Positions 9,104 to 20,152 of a stretch of 64,000 nucleotides of DNA are shown piece after piece. A program made the position numbers and the translations under genes. The notes below the pieces were generated by a model. It had not been told where the DNA came from, did no database searches, and worked only from the letters and a program-made list of their open reading frames with translations. How positions within the stretch are numbered: the stretch's first letter is position 1; every line of letters starts with the position of its first letter. Source of the DNA: Myxococcota bacterium (GTDB lineage Bacteria; Myxococcota_A; UBA9160; UBA6930); NCBI GenBank assembly GCA_965223415.1, contig OZ245002.1, positions 1,952,001 to 2,016,000 on the forward strand. The letters run 5' to 3'.

Positions 9104-10051
9104 CTAGAGCGTGAGCAGCCGCTCGACGATGGCGTCCTGCGCCGTGTCCGCGTCGACGGCCGTCGCCACCTCCATCTCTGCACCGAGCCCCGCCGACGCC
9201 GGCACCTCGATCGTGCGCAGCACTCCCTCTTCGATCGTCGGCACCACGCGGATCCGCTCGAAGCTGAGCGCGCTCTCGTCGACCAGGGAGAGCACGGTCA
9301 GTGGATCGTGGAGGAAGGCCACATTGTCCGGCGCGAGCGTGCCGCCCAGACCGGTGAAGATCTTCACCTGGAAGGGGGTCCAGCGGCGAATCTGGTCGAC
9401 GAGCACGCGCGGCACCGGACCCGGGCGCTCGGCCAGGCGCTCGAGATCCTGCTCGCGCATCCAGGTCTGGAGCGTGACGTCCGCGGTGACGAGGCGCAGG
9501 TCGAAGCCGGCGCCCAGCACCATCACCGAGGCTTCCGGGTCCGAGCACAGGTTGTAGTCGATGCCGGGCGCGCAAACGTGGCTGCCGATGCGCACCTCTC
9601 GGATGTGGCCGCCCATGATCGTGAGGCGCGCGACCTTCTGCGGGAGATCGGGGTCGAGGGCCAGCGCGTGGGCCAGGTTCGTCAGCGGACCGATCGCCAC
9701 GATCTCGAGCCCCGGCACTTCGGTGGCAGCACGCACGATGCGCTCGGCGGCCGGCTCGACGCTGCGTACCGCGTCGGGGCCGTCCGGGTAGTCCTTCGTC
9801 TCGATGTCGCGCCAGACGAAGCGATTCCTGCGGGCGACGGCGTCCTGGGCGCCGACGCACACCTCGACGTCCGTGTGGCCCGCGAGGCCCAACATGCGCG
9901 CCGCGGCCCAGGCGCGGCCCTCGGTGTTGCCGGCGACGGTCGTGACGGCGACCAGCTCGAGCTCGTCCGCCGCCGAGAAGAGCACGCCCATGGCCACGGC
10001 GTCGTCGACGTCGGAGCCGATGTCCGTATCGAGGAGGATCGGTCGCGTCAT
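9104..10051 (-). CDS. Nucleoside hydrolase (inosine-uridine preferring family)
   Basis: DTDIGSDVDD Ca-binding motif, IGPLTNLA, IMGG, LHDPL; ATGA overlap with the upstream gene. Confidence 0.9.
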   Translation of the reverse strand: MTRPILLDTDIGSDVDDAVAMGVLFSAADELELVAVTTVAGNTEGRAWAAARMLGLAGHTDVEVCVGAQDAVARRNRFVWRDIETKDYPDGPDAVRSVEPAAERIVRAATEVPGLEIVAIGPLTNLAHALALDPDLPQKVARLTIMGGHIREVRIGSHVCAPGIDYNLCSDPEASVMVLGAGFDLRLVTADVTLQTWMREQDLERLAERPGPVPRVLVDQIRRWTPFQVKIFTGLGGTLAPDNVAFLHDPLTVLSLVDESALSFERIRVVPTIEEGVLRTIEVPASAGLGAEMEVATAVDADTAQDAIVERLLTL

Positions 10052-11397
10052 GCTTTGGCCTTCTTCATGTGCGCGTCGATGAAGCCCGTGTCGTAGGTGC
10101 CTTCCTGGAATACCGGATGCCGGGCCAGGCGCCGGTGGAAGGCCAGGGAGGTGTGGATGCCCTCCACCTCGAACTCGTCCGCGGCTCTCGCCAGCCGCGC
10201 GACGGCCTCGGCCCGGTCGCGCCCCCACACCACGAGCTTCGCGAGCATCGGGTCGTAGTGGACGGTCACCTCGCAGCCCGCCGCGACGCCGCTGTCGACC
10301 CGCACGCCTGGCCCGCCCGGCTCGCGCCAGGCCGTGAGCGTCCCCGGCGAGGGCAGGAAGCCCTTGTCCGGGTTCTCGGCGTAGACCCGCGCCTGGATCG
10401 CGTGGCCGCGGATCGCCAGCTCGTCCTGGGTGAAGGAGAGGGGCTCGCCGGCGGCGATGCGGATCATCTCCTTCACCAGATCGATGCCGGTGATCGCCTC
10501 GGTGACGGTGTGCTCCACCTGGATGCGGGTGTTCATCTCCAGGAACCAGAAGCGGTCGTCCGGGTCCACCAGGAACTCGAAGGTGCCGACGCTCTGGTAG
10601 CCGAGGGCCTTCGTCGCCGTCACGGCCGCCTCACCCATGCGCGCCCGCAGCTCGTCGCTCATGCGCGGCGCGGGCGCCTCCTCGACGAGCTTCTGGTGGC
10701 GGCGCTGGATGGAGCACTCGCGCTCGAAGACGTGGACGGCGTTCCCGTGGGTGTCCGCCAGCACCTGGATCTCCACGTGGCGGGGGTGCTCGATCCACTT
10801 CTCGACGTAGAGGCCGTCGTCGCCGAAGGCGCTCTGGGCTTCGCTGCGGGCGCGGGGGAGGGCCTTGGCGAGCTGCTCGGGGCTCTTCACCAGGCGCAGG
10901 CCCTTGCCGCCGCCGCCGGCGCTGGCCTTCACCATCACCGGGTAGCCGATCGCCTCGCAGCGCGCGGCCACCGCTTCGTCGTCCAGGCGCTCGGTGGCGC
11001 CGGGCACGATCGGAACCCCGGCCGCCTCCATGGTCTGGCGCGAGAGCACCTTGTCGCCCATGCGCCGCATCACCTCGGCCTCGGGCCCGATGAAGACGAG
11101 CCCCGCGGCGCGGCAGGCGTCGGCGAAGTCGGCGTTCTCCGAGAGGAAGCCGTAGCCCGGGTGCACGGCGTCGGCGCCGCAGCGCTTCGCGATCCCGACG
11201 ATCCGGTCGGCCACGAGATACGACTCGCGGGCCGGAGCCGGGCCGCAGGGATGGGCCTCGTCGGCGAGCCGCACGTGGGGGGCCGCCGCGTCGGCCTCGG
11301 AGTGGATGGCGGCGGTCGCGACCCCCAGCTCGCGGCACGCCCGGATCACCCGAACGGCGATCTCCCCGCGATTCGCGACGAGGATCTTCTTGAACAG
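10048..11397 (-). CDS. accC: Biotin carboxylase subunit (AccC-like, no BCCP domain)
   Basis: (L/M)FKKILVANRGEIAVRVIR N-terminus, HPGYGFLSEN, GGGGKG, RECSIQRRHQK, EMNTRIQVEH; apparent CTG start at 11397. Confidence 0.88.
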   Translation of the reverse strand: MFKKILVANRGEIAVRVIRACRELGVATAAIHSEADAAAPHVRLADEAHPCGPAPARESYLVADRIVGIAKRCGADAVHPGYGFLSENADFADACRAAGLVFIGPEAEVMRRMGDKVLSRQTMEAAGVPIVPGATERLDDEAVAARCEAIGYPVMVKASAGGGGKGLRLVKSPEQLAKALPRARSEAQSAFGDDGLYVEKWIEHPRHVEIQVLADTHGNAVHVFERECSIQRRHQKLVEEAPAPRMSDELRARMGEAAVTATKALGYQSVGTFEFLVDPDDRFWFLEMNTRIQVEHTVTEAITGIDLVKEMIRIAAGEPLSFTQDELAIRGHAIQARVYAENPDKGFLPSPGTLTAWREPGGPGVRVDSGVAAGCEVTVHYDPMLAKLVVWGRDRAEAVARLARAADEFEVEGIHTSLAFHRRLARHPVFQEGTYDTGFIDAHMKKAKA

Positions 11398-11401
11398 GGT
11401 G

Positions 11402-14155
11402 CTACCCCTGGCGAGCGAGCAGCGAGAGGGTCGCCTCGCGCACGCGCGCCGCGACGGCCTCGGGCGATTCCTCGCTGACGCGCTCGTCGGGCTCGATCTT
11501 GAAGATCGTCTGGCCCTTGGCCACGACGGTGGCGTCCTGGTCGTTCATCAGGTTCTTCACCACGGTGCCGGAGAAGGGCGCTACCACCTTGTTGAACATC
11601 TTCATCACCTCGATGATGAAGAGCGGCTGGCCCTCCTCGAAGTGGTCGCCCTCGTCGACGAGCAGCGGGAGATGCGGGGCCTCGCGGGCGTAGAAGGTGC
11701 CGCCCATCGGCGTCACGATCTCGTCGGAGTTGGCCTTGGGCGGCGGCGAGAGCGCTCGGGTACAGGCGGCCATCTCCTCGGCGTCTTGGAAGCGCTCCGG
11801 GAAGGACGGCACCAGGCTCTCGTCCACCGTGATCTCCAGGAAGGAGGAGCGCACGCCGATTCGCGGGATCAGCAGCAGCAGCTCGAGCCCCACCTGGAAG
11901 CCGCGATGGGAGGCGACGCAGGCGTCCCAGAGGGCCGTGTCGCCGCCGCAGAGCCGCGCGTCCTCCGCGCCGGCGAAGAGCGCCTCGAGCTCCGCCGCGC
12001 TGGCCGCGCCGGTGCGCGCCTCCACCTCGTCGTAGAAGGCCAGGCCCGACGCCAGGATCCCCTGGTCGTGCTCCCAGATCTTCTCCGAGGGTGAGACCCC
12101 CGGGCGCTCCTCCATGTCGAGGAAGTGGTAGAGGCGGTCGAGGAAGCGGACCGGGTTCGCCTCGAAGCGCACCTCCCCGCCGTCCACCTGCCAGAGCTCG
12201 CTGTCGAAGCGGCCGAGGAAGCCCGCCAGCACGTGGGGGTTGGCGAGCAGCTCGTGCACCGGCCGGACGAGCAGGGTCTCCTTCGCGATCAGCACGTCGC
12301 GGGCTTCCGCGTCGGGCTGTGCCTTCACCAGCTCGGCGGCGGCCAGCTCGAGATCGACGTCGTTCACCATCTGTCGCAGGGCGCCGACGGCGGCGAGGAA
12401 CGACTGCATGAAGCGGGTGTTGGGCTCGGCCATCACCCCCTTGCCGAGGAACCACTGGACGAGGCCGTAGTGGACGGGCAGGTTCGTCTGCACGTCGTCG
12501 CCGCGGATCTCCATGCGGCGGAGTACCTCGGCCATGCGCTCGTAGTTGTCGCGCCGGCTCTCGCCGTCGGTGAGCAGCAGCGCGATGTTGGAGTCGTAGG
12601 CGCCGGCCAGGTTGTACCAGATGAAGCTGCCGGTATCGGGGTTCGGGGTGCCGATGCCCTGGTCCCAACGGATCTCGCCGGGGGTGGGCGGCGTCCAGCT
12701 GCGGATCAGCCCGCCGGCGTGGGGCTGGAGGGCCGCGTTGGTGGCGTTGATGCGCACCTCCAGGCCCGAGACCGAGCGCGGCACCCGCTCCGGCCTCGGC
12801 ACCCGCGGCCCGTGCACGGCCAGGAGCACCATCGCTTCGATCAGCTCCTCGACCACGAACCACTCGGCGGGATCGTCCGGGTTGGTGAACTTCAGCGCGT
12901 AGGCGAGCTCGGTCACGCCGTGCTCGACCTGGATGCGCGTGTTCATCTCCATGAAGAAGTGGTGGAAGCCTTCGACGATGCACTCGAAGGTCGATGCCGA
13001 GTCGAGGCCGGTGGCCTCGCCGAACTTCGCGCCCTCGTCCTCCATGCGGCCGAGGGTCTCCTTGTCGCCCCGCAGGATCTCCGCCGTGCGGCCGGCGGCC
13101 TCCTTCAGCTCCGCGTCGAGGAGCTCCTGGGTCAGCGATACCTCGAGGAGCTTCTGCTCGTGCATCTGCACCGAGCAGTCGCGGCCCCCGAGCGAGATGC
13201 ACCAGCTGCCGTTGCCGAGCAGCTGGATCTCGTTGTGGCGGGTGCTCTCGATGTTCAGCTCGATCAGGAAGTTCCGGTTCGTGCCGGGCTCGACCACCTT
13301 CACCTCGGCGAGCACGTCCATGACGGCCGCCGCCACCTCTTCCGGCGTGCGCACCACCCGCTGGCCCTTGCCGCCGCCGCCGCCGATGTGCTTGAAGCGG
13401 ATGCGGTGGTCCGGGTAGTCGCCCCAGATCTCCCGGGCCACCTGCTCCGCGGCGGCCTGCAGCTCGGCGATGGTCACCAGCTCGACGGTGGCGGCGTAGC
13501 CGGCCTGGAGGAGCGCCTCGGCGTTCTCCTCGGGGCTCCGGTCGTCGCTCCATGCGAAGTCGAGGCCGTGCTCTCCCGCGAGGCCCTCGAGGCCCGCCTG
13601 ACCGCCGACCTTGCCGATCAGCGCCCGCGCCGAGAGATCGTCGACGCCCGGGATCACCGCGTTGCCGAGCTCCCGGGCCAGCTTCTTGGCCTCGTCCTTG
13701 GCGCCGGCCCGGCGCACGACCCCGGAGCTGGGGCCGACGAAGCCGATGCCCGCGGCCTCGATGGCCTCGATGAACTCCGCGTCCTCGGCCATGAAGCCGT
13801 AGCCCGCGAAGATGTGGGTGTAGCCGTGGCTGCGGGCGATCCGGGTGATCTCGCGGATGCGCTCCTGCTTCTCCTCCTGGCCCACGCCCATGTAGTCGGC
13901 GACCCGGTGAACGTTTCCCGGGAAGCGCAGGCCCCGCAGCTCCGGCGCCAGGCAGCGCGGGTAGACGACCGAGTCCTTCTCCGAGAGCAGCATTCCGTAC
14001 TCGCGGATGCCCACGCGATCGAAGACCTCGAAGGCCTCCTTGCGAACGGGCCCACGGCAGACGACCAGACACTTCACGTCCTCGAGGGAGAACGCGCGCA
14101 GCCACTCGCTCTCGCACTGGTGGAAGGGTCGGCTCTGCTGCTCTCGGTCCAGCAA
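11402..14155 (-). CDS. Large biotin carboxylase-biotin carrier fusion protein (917 aa)
   Basis: AGYGFMAED, GGGGGKGQR, RDCSVQMHEQK, EMNTRIQVEH; C-terminal EVMKM biotinylation motif; TTG start with AGGAG RBS. Confidence 0.88.
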   Translation of the reverse strand: MLDREQQSRPFHQCESEWLRAFSLEDVKCLVVCRGPVRKEAFEVFDRVGIREYGMLLSEKDSVVYPRCLAPELRGLRFPGNVHRVADYMGVGQEEKQERIREITRIARSHGYTHIFAGYGFMAEDAEFIEAIEAAGIGFVGPSSGVVRRAGAKDEAKKLARELGNAVIPGVDDLSARALIGKVGGQAGLEGLAGEHGLDFAWSDDRSPEENAEALLQAGYAATVELVTIAELQAAAEQVAREIWGDYPDHRIRFKHIGGGGGKGQRVVRTPEEVAAAVMDVLAEVKVVEPGTNRNFLIELNIESTRHNEIQLLGNGSWCISLGGRDCSVQMHEQKLLEVSLTQELLDAELKEAAGRTAEILRGDKETLGRMEDEGAKFGEATGLDSASTFECIVEGFHHFFMEMNTRIQVEHGVTELAYALKFTNPDDPAEWFVVEELIEAMVLLAVHGPRVPRPERVPRSVSGLEVRINATNAALQPHAGGLIRSWTPPTPGEIRWDQGIGTPNPDTGSFIWYNLAGAYDSNIALLLTDGESRRDNYERMAEVLRRMEIRGDDVQTNLPVHYGLVQWFLGKGVMAEPNTRFMQSFLAAVGALRQMVNDVDLELAAAELVKAQPDAEARDVLIAKETLLVRPVHELLANPHVLAGFLGRFDSELWQVDGGEVRFEANPVRFLDRLYHFLDMEERPGVSPSEKIWEHDQGILASGLAFYDEVEARTGAASAAELEALFAGAEDARLCGGDTALWDACVASHRGFQVGLELLLLIPRIGVRSSFLEITVDESLVPSFPERFQDAEEMAACTRALSPPPKANSDEIVTPMGGTFYAREAPHLPLLVDEGDHFEEGQPLFIIEVMKMFNKVVAPFSGTVVKNLMNDQDATVVAKGQTIFKIEPDERVSEESPEAVAARVREATLSLLARQG

Positions 14156-14164
14156 CGGGGGCTC

Positions 14165-15838
14165 CTACTCGAACTCGCGCTGGGGCCCGCCCATCGAGGA
14201 CGGGGTGTAGGTGCGCATCAGGAAGGCGAGGTTCTGGGCGAGGACGCGGCGGCTCGTGCCGGGCAGCACCACCCGGGACACGGAGCCCAGGGAGAGCGCC
14301 TCGTTCGGGTTCATCAGCTCGGCCTCGTACTGCTCGCGCAGCTTCGCGAGGCCGGCGTCGCGCTCGGCGCGCGCCTCGGCCTCGTCGGCGCCGCCGGCCA
14401 CGGCCTTGCGGCAGGCCGCTTCGAGCTCGCGCATCTCGTTCTTGTAGACGAAATCGGTGCCGCCGCCGGAGCCCATCACCGCGATGCGGGCATGGGGCAT
14501 GGCGAACACCATGTCGGCGCCGACGTAGTGGGAGTTGTAGGCCGCGTAGGCGCCGCCGAAGGCGTTGCGGATGATCAGCGTGATCGACGGCACCCGGACG
14601 TCGATGATCGCATCCAGCAGGTGGCGGCCTTCGAGGATGATGCCGCGGCTCTCCTGCTCGGTGCCGACCAGGAAGCCCGGCGTGTCCTCCAGGAAGATCA
14701 GCGGAACGTTGTAGACGTTGCAGAAGCGGATGAAGCGGGTGGCCTTGCGCGCCGCGTCCACGTCGATCTGGCCCGAAGCCACCGCCGAGTTGTTGGCGAC
14801 GAAGCCCACCACGTGGCCGCCGATCCGCCCGAAGGCGGTGACCATGTTGCGCGCCCGGGCGGGCTGCAGCTCGAAGTACTCGCCGTGGTCGCAGATCTGC
14901 TGGATGAAGAGCGTGATGTCGAGCGGCGCGTTCATCCCCGCCGGCGAGTGGAAGGTGCGGCGAAAGAGGGTGTCCTCCTCGAGGGTGAAGCGGTCCACCG
15001 GGTCGGAGGTCTCCATGAAGGGCGAGAGCGAGCGGTTGTCGTCGGGCAGGTAGCCGAGCAGGCGGATCGCCGTGCGCAGCGAGGCCAGCTCGTCCTGGGT
15101 CGTCACGTCGCACACGCCGTTCAGACCGTGGACGCCGGTACCGCCGAGATCGTCGGCCGTGACGTCTTCGCCCGTCGAGCTCTTCACCACCCCCGGGCCC
15201 GTGAGCCCGATGAAGGTCTCCTCGCACTGGATCATGAAGGAGCCCTGGCGGGGCAGGTAGGCGCCGCCGCCGGCGTTGTAGCCGAACATCAGGCTGATGC
15301 TGGGAACCACGCCGCTGATCTTGCGCAGCGCCGTGAAGGCCTCGCTGTAGCCGTCGAGGCCGCCGACGCCGGCGGGCACGAAGGCGCCGGCCGAGTCGTT
15401 CATGCCGATCAGCGGGATGCCGCGCTCGCCGGCCATGTAGATCAGCCGCGCCAGCTTGTCGCCGTTGGTGGCGTCCATCGAGCCCGCGCGCAGGGTGAAG
15501 TCGTGGCCGTAGACCGCGACGTCGCGGCTGTTCACGTCGAGGATGCCGGTGACGATCGAGGCGCCGTCGAGGCCGGGGCCCCAGTTGTGCCAGAGCAGGT
15601 TCGGCTCGCGGTCCGTCAGCACCTTGAGGCGCTCGAAGACGGTCATGCGGCCCTTGGCGTGCTGCACCCGCACGCGGGCGGGGCCACCGCCGCGGCGCGG
15701 CCGGGCGTCGAGCTCGCGACCCCGCGCCAGGGCGGTCTCGTAGACGCTGGCGCCACCGGCAGGCCCGCCGGCCGCCGGCGTGGCGGCCTCCGGGGCGAAC
15801 GGGTTCTCGAGGGAGTAGCTGGGCACGGGCGCATCCAT
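14165..15838 (-). CDS. Acyl-CoA carboxylase carboxyltransferase subunit (PccB-like)
   Basis: [43 protein letters not shown]. Confidence 0.9.
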   Translation of the reverse strand: MDAPVPSYSLENPFAPEAATPAAGGPAGGASVYETALARGRELDARPRRGGGPARVRVQHAKGRMTVFERLKVLTDREPNLLWHNWGPGLDGASIVTGILDVNSRDVAVYGHDFTLRAGSMDATNGDKLARLIYMAGERGIPLIGMNDSAGAFVPAGVGGLDGYSEAFTALRKISGVVPSISLMFGYNAGGGAYLPRQGSFMIQCEETFIGLTGPGVVKSSTGEDVTADDLGGTGVHGLNGVCDVTTQDELASLRTAIRLLGYLPDDNRSLSPFMETSDPVDRFTLEEDTLFRRTFHSPAGMNAPLDITLFIQQICDHGEYFELQPARARNMVTAFGRIGGHVVGFVANNSAVASGQIDVDAARKATRFIRFCNVYNVPLIFLEDTPGFLVGTEQESRGIILEGRHLLDAIIDVRVPSITLIIRNAFGGAYAAYNSHYVGADMVFAMPHARIAVMGSGGGTDFVYKNEMRELEAACRKAVAGGADEAEARAERDAGLAKLREQYEAELMNPNEALSLGSVSRVVLPGTSRRVLAQNLAFLMRTYTPSSMGGPQREFE

Positions 15839-15845
15839 GGCGGGG

Positions 15846-17132
15846 TTAGAGGCTGGAGACCTCGCCGAGACGCTCGCGAAGATCTCGGTCGTAGGCGGCG
15901 ATGTCGATGGGCTCCCGGGCGACCCCGGACTCCATGGCCGCCAGCGCCACGGCCGGTGCCACGTACAGGAGCACGCGTGGATCGAAGGGCTTCGGAATGA
16001 TGGACTTCGGGCCGAAGTCCATGTCCTCACCCGGGTAGGCCCGCTTCACCACCTCCGGGATGGCCTCGCCGCGCTTGGCCAGCTCGGCCAGGGCATCGAC
16101 GGCGGCCCGCTTCATCTTCTCGTTGATGCGCGTGGCCCGGACGTCGAGGGCGCCGCGGAAGATGAAGGGGAAGCCGAGGACATTGTTCACCTGGTTGGGG
16201 AAGTCCGAGCGGCCGGTGGCGATGATCGCGTCGGGCCGCACCGCCTCCACCTCCGGGGGAGAGATCTCCGGGTCCGGGTTCGCCATGGCGAAGATGACCG
16301 GGCGGGTCGCCATCGACTTCACCATCTCCTGGGTGACGACCCCCGCCTGGGAGACCCCTACGAAGACGTCGGCGCCCTTGAGGGCGTCCTCGAGGGTGCG
16401 CGCGTCGGTCGGGCGGGAGAACTCGGCCTTGTAGCTGTTCACCCCCTCGGTGCGCCCGTCGTAGATCACGCCGCGGCTGTCGACGAGGAGCATGTTCTCG
16501 GCCCGGACGCCCAGGTCCTTGTAGAGCTTCGCGCAGGCGATGCCCGAGGCTCCGGCACCGGAGAAGACCACCTTCACCTCGCCGATGGACTTCTGCTGGA
16601 TCTCCAGGGCGTTCATCAGGGCCGCCCCGGAGATGATCGCCGTGCCGTGCTGGTCGTCGTGGAAGACCGGGATGTCGCAGGTCTCGACCAGGGTGCGCTC
16701 GATCTCGAAGCACTCCGGCGCCCGGATGTCCTCCAGGTTGATGCCTCCGAACGAGGGAGCGATCAGCTGGCAGGTGCGGATGATCTCCTTGGGGTCCACG
16801 CTGTCGATCTCGATGTCGAAGACGTCGATGTCGGCGAAGCGCTTGAAGAGGACGCCCTTGCCCTCCATCACAGGCTTGCTGGCCAGGGGCCCGATGTTGC
16901 CGAGCCCGAGCACCGCGGTCCCGTTGGAGATCACCGCGACCAGGTTGCCCTTGGCCGTGTAGCGGTAGACGTCCCCCGGGTGCTTGGCGATCTCCCGGCA
17001 CGGCTCCGCCACACCGGGGCTGTAGGCGAGGGAGAGGTCCTTCTGGGTGATCGTGGGCTTCGTTGGGACGAGCTTGATCTTCCCCGGGCGCCCATCGGCG
17101 TGATAGCGCAACGCCTCTTCTTTGGTGATCAC
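15846..17132 (-). CDS. NAD(P)-dependent malic enzyme (MaeB-type ME domain, no PTA domain)
   Basis: [49 protein letters not shown]. Confidence 0.93.
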   Translation of the reverse strand: MITKEEALRYHADGRPGKIKLVPTKPTITQKDLSLAYSPGVAEPCREIAKHPGDVYRYTAKGNLVAVISNGTAVLGLGNIGPLASKPVMEGKGVLFKRFADIDVFDIEIDSVDPKEIIRTCQLIAPSFGGINLEDIRAPECFEIERTLVETCDIPVFHDDQHGTAIISGAALMNALEIQQKSIGEVKVVFSGAGASGIACAKLYKDLGVRAENMLLVDSRGVIYDGRTEGVNSYKAEFSRPTDARTLEDALKGADVFVGVSQAGVVTQEMVKSMATRPVIFAMANPDPEISPPEVEAVRPDAIIATGRSDFPNQVNNVLGFPFIFRGALDVRATRINEKMKRAAVDALAELAKRGEAIPEVVKRAYPGEDMDFGPKSIIPKPFDPRVLLYVAPAVALAAMESGVAREPIDIAAYDRDLRERLGEVSSL

Positions 17133-17280
17133 AGGCAGATCCTCGGGATCCGGGGGGTGGGGACTCCCTGGGGGGCCCAGCGAACGGGGCCCGCGATCCT
17201 AGCAGAATCGCGATGGGCCGACGAGGTGGGAAACCCTTTGAACACGCCGGGTTGAGTGCGATTCGGGGAACCCGCCGGAG

Positions 17281-18426
17281 CTACTCCTTCAGCAGCTCCC
17301 GGGCGATCACGAGGCGCTGGATCTGGTTCGTGCCCTCGTAGATCTGCATGAGCTTGGCGTCCCGCATCAGCTTCTCGACCGGGTACTCCTTCGTGTACCC
17401 GTTGCCGCCGAACACCTGGACCGCGTCGGTCGAGATCTTCATGGCCGCGTCCGTCGAGAAGCACTTCGCGAACGACGAGTACTTCGACGCGCGCAGGCCC
17501 TGGTCGATCATCCAGGCGCTCTGCAGGGTGAGCAGCCGAGCCGCCTCCAGGTCCTTGGCCATGTCGGCGAGCATGAACTGGACCGCCTGGAAGCCCGAGA
17601 TGGGGAAGCCGAAGGCCTTGCGCTCCTCGGCGTAGGCCAGGCTCTCCTCCAGGGCCCGGCGGGCGATGCCGCAGGCCAGGGCGCCGATGGAGGGGCGGGT
17701 CGTGTCGAGGGTCTGCATGGCGATCTTGAAGCCCTGACCCTCGTCGCCGAGCCGCTGGGAGGCCGGAACCCGCACGTTGTCGAAGTGGATCACCCGGGTG
17801 TCGCTGGCCCGCTGCCCCATCTTGTCCTCTTTCTTCCCCTGGGTGACGCCGGGGAGGTCGGAGTCCATGACGAAGGCGCAGATGCCCTTGTGGCGGGAGC
17901 TGCGATCGAGGGTGGCGAAGACGGTGTACATCTCTGCCACACCGCCGTTCGTGATCCAGCACTTCGTGCCGTTCAGCACGTAGTCGTCACCGTCCTTCTC
18001 CGCGAGGAGCTGGAGGCCGGCCACGTCGGAGCCGGCGGCGGGCTCGGAGAGACAGAAGGCGATCTGCTCGAACTTCTCGGTCGCGGCGAGGCGGCCGAGC
18101 CACTCCTTCTTCTGGGGCTCGCTCGCCCCGACGAGCAGCGGGGTGAGGCCGAGATCGTTGGCCATGATCGAGGTGGCCATGCCCGAGCATCCCCAGGCCA
18201 GCTCTTCGACGACCAGGCACGACTCGAAGAGCGAGAGCCCGACGCCACCGTACTCCTCGGGGATCGAAACGCAGGACAGCCCGAGCTCCCAGGCCTCCTT
18301 CATGATCTCGTGAGGGAACTCGCCACTCTGGTCGTAGTCGCCGGCGACCGGCGCGATCTTCTCCTTGGAGAAGCGGCGGGCCGTGTCCTGGAGCGCGAGC
18401 TGTTCGTCGCTGAGAGAGAAGTCCAT
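17281..18426 (-). CDS. Acyl-CoA dehydrogenase
   Basis: [45 protein letters not shown]. Confidence 0.95.
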   Translation of the reverse strand: MDFSLSDEQLALQDTARRFSKEKIAPVAGDYDQSGEFPHEIMKEAWELGLSCVSIPEEYGGVGLSLFESCLVVEELAWGCSGMATSIMANDLGLTPLLVGASEPQKKEWLGRLAATEKFEQIAFCLSEPAAGSDVAGLQLLAEKDGDDYVLNGTKCWITNGGVAEMYTVFATLDRSSRHKGICAFVMDSDLPGVTQGKKEDKMGQRASDTRVIHFDNVRVPASQRLGDEGQGFKIAMQTLDTTRPSIGALACGIARRALEESLAYAEERKAFGFPISGFQAVQFMLADMAKDLEAARLLTLQSAWMIDQGLRASKYSSFAKCFSTDAAMKISTDAVQVFGGNGYTKEYPVEKLMRDAKLMQIYEGTNQIQRLVIARELLKE

Positions 18427-18495
18427 GATCCTGACTCCTAGTCACTTCCCCCATCGAACAAGGAAGCTCGGAGCCGCGAATCGTAGCGGAGTTCT

Positions 18496-19296
18496 CTAAC
18501 GCAGGCGGGCCGAGAGGCGTTCGGCGGCCTCGATCGCAAGCGGCGCGAAGTGCTGACGCAGAGCGTCCTCGCTGACGCGGAACGCGGGCACCGAGATGGA
18601 AACGGCCGCGGCCACGCGATCCGACGCGTCGTACACCGGGGCCGCAACGCAGCACATGCCCTCGACACACTCCTCGAGGTCCAGGGCGAAGCCCTCGCCC
18701 GCCACGCCGCGCAGGTGATCGAAGAACTTGTCGCGATCGGTGATGGTGACTGTGGTGTGACGTGGCAGCTCGCCGTCCCGCGCGCACTCGCGATCGAAGC
18801 GCTCCCAGACCTCGGAGCCGGCCGTCGCCAGCAACACCTTGCCGAGGGCGGTGCAGTGCAGCGGCAGGCGCTGGCCGACTCGCAGGCCCGTCAGCACAGG
18901 CTGGTCCGAGCGCTCGCCGTCCAGGTGGCTCACCTGCAGGTCCTGCAACGCCCCAAGATGCACCGACTCACCGCTCGCCTCCGCCAGGCGCTCGAGCTCG
19001 GCCCGGGCGTGGCGGGCCAGGTCGCGGCCCCGCGAGAACGCGTGACCCAGCTCGAGGCACCGCGCACCCAGCCGATAGCGATCCGTATCCGCCATCTGCT
19101 CCACGTAGCCCCGCTCCTCGAGGGTGGCGAGAAGGCGGAACACATTGTTCTTGTGGAGGGACAGACGCCGGGAGAGCTCGGTGACGCCCAGCTCCTCGGC
19201 CTCGCGGAAGGCTTCGAGAAGACGGAGAGCGTTGATGACCGTCTGGATCACGTACTCGCTCTTGGGACGCCGCGGCAGCTTGGTGGGGGGTGCCAT
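18496..19296 (-). CDS. IclR-family transcriptional regulator
   Basis: N-terminal HTH (GVTELSRRLSLHKNNVFRLL), PLHCTALGKVLL, CVAAPV. Confidence 0.92.
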   Translation of the reverse strand: MAPPTKLPRRPKSEYVIQTVINALRLLEAFREAEELGVTELSRRLSLHKNNVFRLLATLEERGYVEQMADTDRYRLGARCLELGHAFSRGRDLARHARAELERLAEASGESVHLGALQDLQVSHLDGERSDQPVLTGLRVGQRLPLHCTALGKVLLATAGSEVWERFDRECARDGELPRHTTVTITDRDKFFDHLRGVAGEGFALDLEECVEGMCCVAAPVYDASDRVAAAVSISVPAFRVSEDALRQHFAPLAIEAAERLSARLR

Positions 19297-19345
19297 GGGG
19301 GTCTCCGGCCCGGAGCCGTGGGGCCCCGTGCCTCGTGAATACCGG

Positions 19346-19996
19346 CTAGGTGCGGTTCTTGACCTTCTCCCAGTCGGCCAGGAAGGCCTCCAGCCCGGCG
19401 TCGGTGAGCGGATGCTTCACCAGCTGGGCGATGACCTTCGGCGGCATGGTCACCACGTGGGCTCCCATCTTCGCCGCCTCGACCACGTGGATCGGGTGCC
19501 GGACGCTCGCGACCAGCACCTCCGTCTCGAAACCGTAGTTCGCGTAGATGGTGACGATCTGCTGGATCAGTCCCATCCCGTCGGTGGAGATATCATCGAG
19601 CCGCCCGACGAAGGGCGACGCGAAGGTGGCACCCGCCTTGGCGGCCATCAGCGCCTGGGTCGCGCTGAAGATGAGGGTGCAGTTCGTCTGGATGCCCTGG
19701 GACGAGAGCGTCTTCAGCGCCTTCAATCCCTCGAGGGTCATCGGGACCTTGATCACGATGTTGTCGGCGATCTTCCCGAGCTCGGTGGCCTCGGTGATCA
19801 TGCCGTCGTGATCGAGGGCGGTGACCTCCGCGCTGACCGGACCCTCCACGACCTTGCAGATCTCCTGGAGGATCTCCCGCGGATTGCCCGATTCCTTCGA
19901 AAGCAGACTCGGGTTGGTGGTGACGCCATCGAGCAGTCCCATGCCGGCGGCTTCCCGGATGTCGCTCACGCTCGCGGTATCGATGAAGAACTTCAA
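19346..19996 (-). CDS. tal: Transaldolase / fructose-6-phosphate aldolase family
   Basis: FFIDTA, GVTTNPS, VIKVP (Schiff-base Lys), [14 protein letters not shown]. Confidence 0.92.
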   Translation of the reverse strand: MKFFIDTASVSDIREAAGMGLLDGVTTNPSLLSKESGNPREILQEICKVVEGPVSAEVTALDHDGMITEATELGKIADNIVIKVPMTLEGLKALKTLSSQGIQTNCTLIFSATQALMAAKAGATFASPFVGRLDDISTDGMGLIQQIVTIYANYGFETEVLVASVRHPIHVVEAAKMGAHVVTMPPKVIAQLVKHPLTDAGLEAFLADWEKVKNRT

Positions 19997-20067
19997 GTGT
20001 CGACGCTCTCAGGAAGAAGGGCTCGGAGCGGCTGAACGGGCGGTGGGAGCGGGATCGAGCCTGGGGC

Positions 20068-20097
20068 TTTGTAGTCGAGGCGACGTTCTCGTGTCAA
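20068..20097 (-). promoter_or_regulatory. sigma70-type promoter for tal
   Basis: TTGACA-N18-TACAAA on the minus strand. Confidence 0.55.
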
Positions 20098-20152
20098 GAA
20101 CGAGGAGACCCAAATACCTCAGTTTTTCGTCGGTGGGCGCCGGCTTACACTG

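Noticed and set aside
11346..16000. 1293-aa (-) and 1291-aa (+) ORFs
   Set aside because: They are Arg/Gly/Pro-rich off-frame and antisense shadows of the carboxylase genes, expected at this GC content.
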